A stretch of 64,000 nt of DNA from a virus. Its lineage: Duplodnaviria > Caudoviricetes. The number at the start of each line of letters is the position of its first letter. Position 1 is the stretch's first letter. Positions 58,279-64,000 of this stretch are shown here, piece after piece. The stretch covers positions 1 to 64,000 of the IMG/VR virus record IMGVR_UViG_3300010352_000284. The stretch is one strand, 5' to 3'. Below the pieces are notes generated by a model, which was given only the letters and a program-made list of their open reading frames with translations, had not been told where the DNA came from and searched no databases. Made by a program: the position numbers and the translations under genes.

Positions 58279-59229
58279 ATGAAACTGACAGACGAACAAA
58301 AACAATTATATTCAATTTGGAAGAAGCTTATCAACATGAGTGCTTCTGAGATTGAGAAATTCCTTGATTCTGATGAAGGAAAGGCTGCTGGATTGTCGCG
58401 GCAAGAAGCTCGGACTGCTGGCGCTGGTGGGAAGAAAATCAAATCAGGTAGGGATTCCGCAAGAGCAATCATTCGAATGTTAGAAACTAAGAAAGAAGAT
58501 TGGACTGAGAATGATTGGGCCTGGGCAAAACGTCAAGTATCGTTCCTAAAAAGAATGTTAGGAGTCAAAGCACCATTGATGAAAGATGACAAAAAGACAA
58601 GAAAAACTTTGGCATTGATGGTTTGGGGTCATAATCCATTAAAAGAGTCTGTTGATGAAATCCTAAATATTATAGAGGACATAGAAATGACTTTTGAAGA
58701 AGAACTTGAATTGTTTGAAGCTGAAGAAGAAATAGAATCTAAGAGAGAAATCATTCCTACAGACAGAGAAATAATGTGGCAGAAGTTTGTTGAATTGACC
58801 AACGTTACTGCTGCGGATCTTCGGTCATTTCTAAAGTCTGAAGCTGCGAAAGATGTTGGTTGGACTAAAGCAGAAGCGGAAAAAGAAAGCGTTAATGGTC
58901 AGAATTATGGACAAAAGGAAGGTGAATTAATTGCTGGTATTTTGTCCAAGACTTCAAAATTTAGAAATGGAACTAAGGCTCCAGATAATTTGAGTGATGC
59001 TGAATGGAATTCGATAGGCCGCATGTGTAGGTTTGTTTCTAGGTTCCGCGAGTTGCCGGGAGACCTAAAAGACTCTGAAGGGAAACCAACTCCAAAATAT
59101 CTTGCTATGTATATGAGAGGCCACGATGCTTCTAAGTATAAGAAATCAGTTCCGTCAACACAAGAAATCAAAAAAGAATTAAAAGACAAACTAAACGAAT
59201 CTTATAGAATTGCTAACTGGCTTCTTTAA
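58279..59229 (+). CDS. Protein with two tandem DUF3140-like domains
   Basis: W.KLINMS.SE...FL.S..G...SGRDS...I..WGHNP (domain 1) and W.KF.ELTN....DL..FL.S...G...I...RGHD (domain 2). Confidence 0.65.
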   Translation: MKLTDEQKQLYSIWKKLINMSASEIEKFLDSDEGKAAGLSRQEARTAGAGGKKIKSGRDSARAIIRMLETKKEDWTENDWAWAKRQVSFLKRMLGVKAPLMKDDKKTRKTLALMVWGHNPLKESVDEILNIIEDIEMTFEEELELFEAEEEIESKREIIPTDREIMWQKFVELTNVTAADLRSFLKSEAAKDVGWTKAEAEKESVNGQNYGQKEGELIAGILSKTSKFRNGTKAPDNLSDAEWNSIGRMCRFVSRFRELPGDLKDSEGKPTPKYLAMYMRGHDASKYKKSVPSTQEIKKELKDKLNESYRIANWLL

Positions 59230-59273
59230 AATATCTTCCCGGTAGGCTGTTTGGTTTCGTTATCATATTCGCG

Positions 59274-59981
59274 TCATTCATCAACTCCAATAACTTCAAT
59301 TTTATCGGACATGATTCTTAGGTATTCGATTTTATAGTCATCTCCGCCAATTGGAACGAAACGACATGCGAGTTTTCTTTTATCATTTCTTCTGAGTTTG
59401 AAACATTCGACATCTACAAACAGTTCAACATCATTTACAGCATCCAGAACAATTTTCCCAATCTCGTTTCCAAAATATTCCGTGACGACTATCAATTCAT
59501 TCTCTATTCCAAAAACATGAATTGGATGTTTCTTTTCGATTGAAAGCCATCCGACAGAGTTTTCCAATGGTTCTGATAGCGTTATGATTTGAGAACTAAA
59601 CGTGACGTGCTTCGGAGGGTGACAAAAATCTGAGGTCAGCGCCATCATTGCTTTATCAAAATCTACATAGTTTTCCAAAGGTTCTGATGGATTGTGTGAG
59701 ATTTTTGGAAAATTATCCCCATTCATTTCAATTTCTTTCTCATTATTTGTTTCAATTGGTTCTTCATGCTTAAACAATAGAAACGCGATGTAGAAATAAG
59801 CAAATGGAATGAGCCCGTAAAAATTAGGCAATACAAAAAAGCTTAATAGCATAGGGATTGCTACAATGATGGTTCTTATTCGCGAGCGGTTTATATTATC
59901 GCAATTTCGGGTAGTATAATAAATTAAATGGATTGGATAGCAAAAATATTTAATAACAATTTCAATCATTCGAATCCTCAT
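59274..59981 (-). CDS. Hypothetical membrane protein
   Basis: Two hydrophobic segments at about residues 37-70. Confidence 0.6.
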   Translation of the reverse strand: MRIRMIEIVIKYFCYPIHLIYYTTRNCDNINRSRIRTIIVAIPMLLSFFVLPNFYGLIPFAYFYIAFLLFKHEEPIETNNEKEIEMNGDNFPKISHNPSEPLENYVDFDKAMMALTSDFCHPPKHVTFSSQIITLSEPLENSVGWLSIEKKHPIHVFGIENELIVVTEYFGNEIGKIVLDAVNDVELFVDVECFKLRRNDKRKLACRFVPIGGDDYKIEYLRIMSDKIEVIGVDE

Positions 59982-60243
59982 TTACTTGTCGTTCAAACTT
60001 TTTATATTTCTTTTCAATCATATCAGTTAGTTCAAAATCAGAGATGTTTAGCATTTCTTTCAAGCAGTCGAACATGATTATAACATCTGCCATTTCTTCA
60101 ACAACATCGTCTTTACCAACTCTTCCTCTTCGATATTGAGAAAGTTTGGCAAGCAATTCTCCAACTTCTTCAGATGTTTGAATATATTGTTGAGCTTCGC
60201 CGTAAATTTGGATTGCTTTTTGAACAACATCTTTATTGAGCAT
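59962..60243 (-). CDS. MazG-like nucleotide pyrophosphohydrolase
   Basis: QTSEEVGELL..L...VVEEMADVIIM (EExxE...EExxD). Confidence 0.82.
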   Translation of the reverse strand: MLNKDVVQKAIQIYGEAQQYIQTSEEVGELLAKLSQYRRGRVGKDDVVEEMADVIIMFDCLKEMLNISDFELTDMIEKKYKKFERQVNEDSND

Positions 60244-60303
60244 TTTTGTTCCTCAAGATATGATTATAGAAAAACTCTTTAAGAATTGTTAAAAATTTAT
60301 TCA

Positions 60304-60492
60304 TCATTCTCTCTTTAATTTTAGACGACGAATTAGAGTTTCATAAGCGTTCTTTTGTAAACTTTCTTTCGGAATATAAACGGGTTCATCTAGGTCAATC
60401 TCAAAATCACATAGATAAACTTCAGTTTCTAAGTTATCAAAATCGCCAAACAAAATTCCACCATCATCATCAACAGTCATTTGAATTTTCAT
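60304..60492 (-). CDS. Small protein, MK..KRLK family
   Basis: MKIQMTV...AYETLIRRLKL. Confidence 0.7.
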   Translation of the reverse strand: MKIQMTVDDDGGILFGDFDNLETEVYLCDFEIDLDEPVYIPKESLQKNAYETLIRRLKLKRE

Positions 60493-60677
60493 AGCAGTTT
60501 CAATCTCTTTATAATTCGTCTATATTCAGTTTTCCGGTTTGACCAATTAGGGATTTCGCAAGGAGTTTCTTTGTTTAGTTCTTTATAATTAAAATATAGT
60601 TCATTATCTTCCGCATTAATATTATCGTATGGAAGAAAATGAACCCCAGATCGCACCAACCTAATTGTAACTTTCAA
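60489..60677 (-). CDS. Small protein, MK..KRLK family
   Basis: MKVTIRL...EYRRIIKRLKL; ATGA overlap. Confidence 0.7.
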   Translation of the reverse strand: MKVTIRLVRSGVHFLPYDNINAEDNELYFNYKELNKETPCEIPNWSNRKTEYRRIIKRLKLL

Positions 60678-61036
60678 ATTTCAACCCCCGCGACAATGAG
60701 CAATCTTCTAATTTCAACCAATTCTGCCAGCATTTCGTTCTTGCTGTATAGAAGGAATGTTGTGCTATCTTTCATGAAATTTTCAGCATCTTCATCGGAC
60801 TGGAATGGAGTGATTTCAAAATTTACCAAGATGGAAATATAGTAATAGTCTTTGAAATTATCGCATATCATTATTACTGAGAGATTGTTTAGAAATTCTG
60901 TGGGAACCGATTTCTTTAATTTGAAATATTGTTCTTTTGATAGAGCAATGTCGTACTTATAGGATATTAAATACGTGCCTACAAGAATCTTTTTGAATTT
61001 TAGTTCATTCATCAAACTCAAACTCTCCCGCACCAA
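60674..61036 (-). CDS. Hypothetical protein
   Basis: ORF in the tightly packed minus-strand run. Confidence 0.6.
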   Translation of the reverse strand: MVRESLSLMNELKFKKILVGTYLISYKYDIALSKEQYFKLKKSVPTEFLNNLSVIMICDNFKDYYYISILVNFEITPFQSDEDAENFMKDSTTFLLYSKNEMLAELVEIRRLLIVAGVEI

Positions 61037-61463
61037 ACAATTCCTCAGTCTTGATGAATTCTTCCTTGTCGAAATATTTGATTTTCATCCCGGCAAACTT
61101 AGCAATCAATTCATCTGAGTGACGAATGTATAACAATGCCATGGTGTCAGTGTCATCCATGATTTCGTTGATCGCTGTTTTCAAATCAGATTCTTTTGTC
61201 TGTGTTGGAATTGTTCGGAATAGAAGAACTCCTGTAGACGAATCAAGTTCATAAGTTTTGCTAGCAGTGATTAGAACATCTTTGAATTCGGTTAACATTG
61301 TCTTCACCTTTTCCATTTGCTCTACAGGGAAGACGAAATTGAAAAGGTATGTGTCTCCAGAACTTGAACCAATGTTTTGAACCATTGCCTTGATAGCATT
61401 GATCGAGATTCCAAGGTCATCCGATTCTTTCTCAAACTTTTCAAGAACAAACTTAATTTTCAT
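61005..61463 (-). CDS. Hypothetical protein
   Basis: MKIKFVLEK start; 16-nt start sequence identical to that of 61453..61626. Confidence 0.7.
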   Translation of the reverse strand: MKIKFVLEKFEKESDDLGISINAIKAMVQNIGSSSGDTYLFNFVFPVEQMEKVKTMLTEFKDVLITASKTYELDSSTGVLLFRTIPTQTKESDLKTAINEIMDDTDTMALLYIRHSDELIAKFAGMKIKYFDKEEFIKTEELFGAGEFEFDE

Positions 61464-61626
61464 ATTTGAGCCTTTTCAATATTTTATGTTCTATGATTGG
61501 TTCTTGTTGAACATATGAATTTGTGAAAATTTCACCATGGCAACTAACATATCCAACTTCATTCGGGGACGTACCAAAAATCCAACATTCTTCAGAATAT
61601 TCTCTAATTACAAACTTAATTTTCAT
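61453..61626 (-). CDS. Small protein, MK..KRLK family (57 aa), not in the ORF track
   Basis: Manual translation MKIKFVIREYSEECWIFGTSPNEVGYVSCHGEIFTNSYVQQEPIIEHKILKRLKYEN*. Confidence 0.7.
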   Translation of the reverse strand: MKIKFVIREYSEECWIFGTSPNEVGYVSCHGEIFTNSYVQQEPIIEHKILKRLKYEN

Positions 61627-61837
61627 ATATTTTTAGTTTCATTCTGTTTGCGAATTTCTTATAAGATGGGACGGCTAATCCAGACACAGGAATTATAAAG
61701 TTATCAACTCCACATAATTCATCAAATGTTGCAATGATGTGGTTTTCAATTTTTTCCCAATTTTCATCATTTGAAAAAGAAAACCCTAACGGAATTTGTT
61801 TTTCTCCATCCATATAGACGCGCATTCCAATTTTCAT
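61616..61837 (-). CDS. Small protein, MK..KRLK family
   Basis: MKIGMRV...SYKKFANRMKL. Confidence 0.7.
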   Translation of the reverse strand: MKIGMRVYMDGEKQIPLGFSFSNDENWEKIENHIIATFDELCGVDNFIIPVSGLAVPSYKKFANRMKLKIYEN

Positions 61838-62067
61838 ATCGCCTCGTCTGTGATTTCTTTAATAATTTTCAAACGTTTACATACTTTAATATAACTCTGG
61901 AAAATATGTGGTTTATAGTCGCACTCGTTTAAGACAACTACTTTGTTTAGGAATTCATTATAATAAAATAAAACTTGTTTAGTCCAATTAAATTTTACCC
62001 CCTCTGCGCGATAACCAACGGAACCAAAAGAAATCACATCATCCGTTACAATTAGTTTTAGTTTCAT
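61834..62067 (-). CDS. Small protein, MK..KRLK family
   Basis: MKLKLIV...IF.SYIKVCKRLKI. Confidence 0.75.
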   Translation of the reverse strand: MKLKLIVTDDVISFGSVGYRAEGVKFNWTKQVLFYYNEFLNKVVVLNECDYKPHIFQSYIKVCKRLKIIKEITDEAI

Positions 62068-62294
62068 TAGTCCTCAAGAACAATGGTTTTTATTTTCAAA
62101 CGTTTTAAAAATTTCCTATAACTTTTGAAAATATTTGTTTCATATTTATTTTTACAAATTATGATAGCACCCTCACCAAATTCGGTATAAAATATTGAAA
62201 CTTGTTGGTCCCATCCGAAATCAATAAAGTTTCTAATGACTCCGATAGAACCAAACGCGATTCCATTTTTTGCTACATTAGCAGTTATTTTCAT
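62067..62294 (-). CDS. Small protein, MK..KRLK family
   Basis: MKITANV...IF.SYRKFLKRLKI; close paralog of 61834..62067. Confidence 0.75.
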   Translation of the reverse strand: MKITANVAKNGIAFGSIGVIRNFIDFGWDQQVSIFYTEFGEGAIIICKNKYETNIFKSYRKFLKRLKIKTIVLED

Positions 62295-62704
62295 TCGATT
62301 GACTTTAGAGTGATGTGTGTTGGATTGTCCTTGTCGCGAAGATAATGCCCAACGAAACCAGCCTTCTCAACATCCGCAGTTTCAAACGTAATCAGAAGTT
62401 CGCAAACATTATCCTTCTTATTCTTTCGTTCAATCTTATTAATCACAGACACTAGAGAAGTTTCGTTGATAATAAGTTCATAGCTTCCAACTCTCTGACC
62501 CCAAGAACAAGAATCGTATGAGATAGAATCCGCAATTGTATTATCATCACCTACGAGAATATCATCAAGCATTCCATCTTGGTAATCAATCTTCACCTTT
62601 ATTTGTGAGACGCGAACAACTTCCTTTGGGTCGGAATCAATAATAGTCCGGGTTGCGCTGGAGTGCTTTACAATCTGGCAGGTGTATTCAGTATCGAGCT
62701 TCAT
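62291..62704 (-). CDS. Hypothetical protein
   Basis: GAAAGG SD; first gene after the sigma70-type promoter. Confidence 0.7.
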   Translation of the reverse strand: MKLDTEYTCQIVKHSSATRTIIDSDPKEVVRVSQIKVKIDYQDGMLDDILVGDDNTIADSISYDSCSWGQRVGSYELIINETSLVSVINKIERKNKKDNVCELLITFETADVEKAGFVGHYLRDKDNPTHITLKSIE

Positions 62705-62725
62705 TATAAGCCTTTCGTTTCATAA

Positions 62726-62754
62726 AGTATAGCATATTTATTCTTCCAAGTCAA
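62726..62754 (-). promoter_or_regulatory. sigma70-type (early) promoter TTGACT-17-TATACT
   Basis: Near-consensus -35/-10 with 17-nt spacer driving the small-ORF array. Confidence 0.8.
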
Positions 62755-62770
62755 GCAGTTTCTTTCTATT

Positions 62771-62811
62771 AAAATGAAAAATGGCTCATTAACAACAATG
62801 CTAATGAGCCA
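62771..62811 (-). terminator. Rho-independent terminator
   Basis: 10-bp stem TGGCTCATTA(62782-62791)/TAATGAGCCA(62802-62811) followed on the minus strand by TTTTTCATTTT; lies just downstream of 62825..63670. Confidence 0.8.
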
Positions 62812-62824
62812 CGTACTTATAAAA

Positions 62825-63670
62825 TTAATAAGTCTTTCCTAAATAAAGTCCACCATGTTTAGAACCGACTGAACGAGACATAACTTCTTTAGCAGCGTCT
62901 CTGATAGGTGCCATAGCTGTACCGGATTCTCTCTTATCTTCTGCATGAATTACATTTCGAAGATTCTTTTCGATCTTGTTGTATATTTCACCCTTTGTCT
63001 TTGGATTGATAATGAGTCTTGGAGCAGCTTTCTTCATTTCAGCAATAATGTCATTGACAAAAGCGTCCATCTTATCAGAATCTTTCAAAAGTTCAACAAT
63101 CTGTTTTCTTGGCATTTCTCTGAATCGGTTTAATAGGTCATCAGGCTTTGGTGCTGGAGTGCTGGATTTATCATCTCCGAGTCCAAAATAATTCTTCTCA
63201 ACAGCAATCTTATAAATTGAAGGAATTGCCAGCCCGATGAGAGGAGCCAATCCAGACACGAGAGTTGCGATTGCCAAGGATTCTTCTAGCTCAATTTCTT
63301 CAGCGCCTTTGATGATTGATTCGATGGTGTCTTTCATATCTTTCATCGCAGCTTTACAAGAATCAAGCTTTGCGTAAGAAACATCATCTTCATCAGGGTT
63401 CTCTGCCTTCATCTTTCCAACAAGTTCATCACCATCAAACACTGAGACTGAGATCGAAAGCTTAACATCTTCATTCTTCTTAGCTGTGACAATTGCCTTA
63501 TATTCCTTTTCAGCAGTTTCATCATCAACAACAAGGACGAATTTCTTCCCATCCATTTCAGAGAACTTGAATGCTCCAAACTTTGTCTTGACATCAAATC
63601 CATTTTCCGCTTTTTCCTTTAGAGCAGTGAGCGGGTCAACACTTTCATACAACCAATTTTTGAAATTCAT
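62825..63670 (-). CDS. Hypothetical protein, probably head-internal (start revised to ATG 63670)
   Basis: GGAG SD, TAAATA upstream, N-terminus MNFKNWLYES, internal IELEES. Confidence 0.7.
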   Translation of the reverse strand: MNFKNWLYESVDPLTALKEKAENGFDVKTKFGAFKFSEMDGKKFVLVVDDETAEKEYKAIVTAKKNEDVKLSISVSVFDGDELVGKMKAENPDEDDVSYAKLDSCKAAMKDMKDTIESIIKGAEEIELEESLAIATLVSGLAPLIGLAIPSIYKIAVEKNYFGLGDDKSSTPAPKPDDLLNRFREMPRKQIVELLKDSDKMDAFVNDIIAEMKKAAPRLIINPKTKGEIYNKIEKNLRNVIHAEDKRESGTAMAPIRDAAKEVMSRSVGSKHGGLYLGKTY

Positions 63671-63696
63671 ATTTATCTCCAATTATCTAACATTAT

Positions 63697-63876
63697 TTAT
63701 CTTATTTGGCTCGGATGGTTCCAATGAAAATAATGAAGACCTTTTGCCGCGAAGTTTTCATTTGGGAATAATTGAGAACTGAAGAATGGAGTTATTTCGT
63801 TTCCAGCATAGCAACGAATTACATAATAAGTTTCAACTTGCTCATATTCTTGAGTTATCTTGAATATTATTTTCAA
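63697..63876 (-). CDS. Small protein (59 aa, TTG start), not in the ORF track
   Basis: MKIIFKITQEYEQVETYYVIRCYAGNEITPFFSSQLFPNENFAAKGLHYFHWNHPSQIR*; the start overlaps the upstream TGA. Confidence 0.55.
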   Translation of the reverse strand: MKIIFKITQEYEQVETYYVIRCYAGNEITPFFSSQLFPNENFAAKGLHYFHWNHPSQIR

Positions 63877-63998
63877 CGATTTAATCTTTCAATGATATGT
63901 TTTTCGATTTCATAATAAGGCTGGCATGGGAAATGGTTTGTTACGAGATGGCCAATATATGTTACAAAATATAAAGATGGACAGTCTAAGAGTTTTTC
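63873..63998 (-). CDS. C-terminal part of a small protein truncated by the window edge
   Basis: ...EKLLDCPSLYFVTYIGHLVTNHFPCQPYYEIEKHIIERLNR*; the ending resembles the KRLK family. Confidence 0.5.
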   Translation of the reverse strand, partial: EKLLDCPSLYFVTYIGHLVTNHFPCQPYYEIEKHIIERLNR

Positions 63999-64000
63999 AT

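Noticed and set aside
734-63782. Numerous antisense or nested ORFs in the track (e.g. 734..1165, 21292..21753, 27639..28160, 34872..35363, 54088..54411, 63486..63782)
   Set aside because: They lie opposite or inside well-supported genes, lack SD or promoter signals, and show shadow-ORF composition.
1-64000. tRNA genes, rRNA and CRISPR arrays
   Set aside because: Intergenic gaps are very short, and no cloverleaf or regularly spaced repeat-spacer pattern was seen by eye. tRNAscan or CRISPR finders were not run.

Overview
A 64-kb segment of a large, AT-rich, T4-superfamily myovirus genome read in the standard genetic code. Positions ~1-3.9 kb hold accessory genes: the 3' end and omegaRNA of an IS200/IS605-type tnpB element fused to a start-less HNH gene, a legumain-like C13 cysteine protease and a DNA methyltransferase. 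Positions ~3.9-54 kb are a co-oriented virion morphogenesis module: gp13, two gp14 paralogs, gp15, gp16, gp17, gp18, gp19, a gp54-like tube paralog, gp26 plus a gp51-like ORF, two tape-measure paralogs, gp48-like, gp53, gp27-like, gp5, gp25, gp6, a 2.5-kaa gp7-like protein, two fibres and gp3. Interspersed are two homing endonucleases, a GH5 glycoside hydrolase and two paralogous family-2 glycosyltransferases. Positions ~54-64 kb carry PhoH, an NAD-dependent ligase, a tandem DUF3140-like protein, a MazG-like protein and an array of small minus-strand paralogs under sigma70-type promoters. Main candidate for an undescribed system: virion-wide protein glycosylation. The two GT2 genes sit inside the virion operon, and the surface-exposed virion proteins carry a strongly over-represented (T/V/I/L)-Ser-Ala motif that is almost absent from non-virion enzymes. 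Other notable signals are the TnpB/omegaRNA nested in an HNH gene, eight TAAATA-N5-ATG leaderless late promoters, a high-GC receptor-binding cassette bracketed by direct repeats in the long fibre, and a possible +1 frameshift at gp26/gp51. All family assignments come from motif recognition by eye, and all counts are manual. No database search was run.
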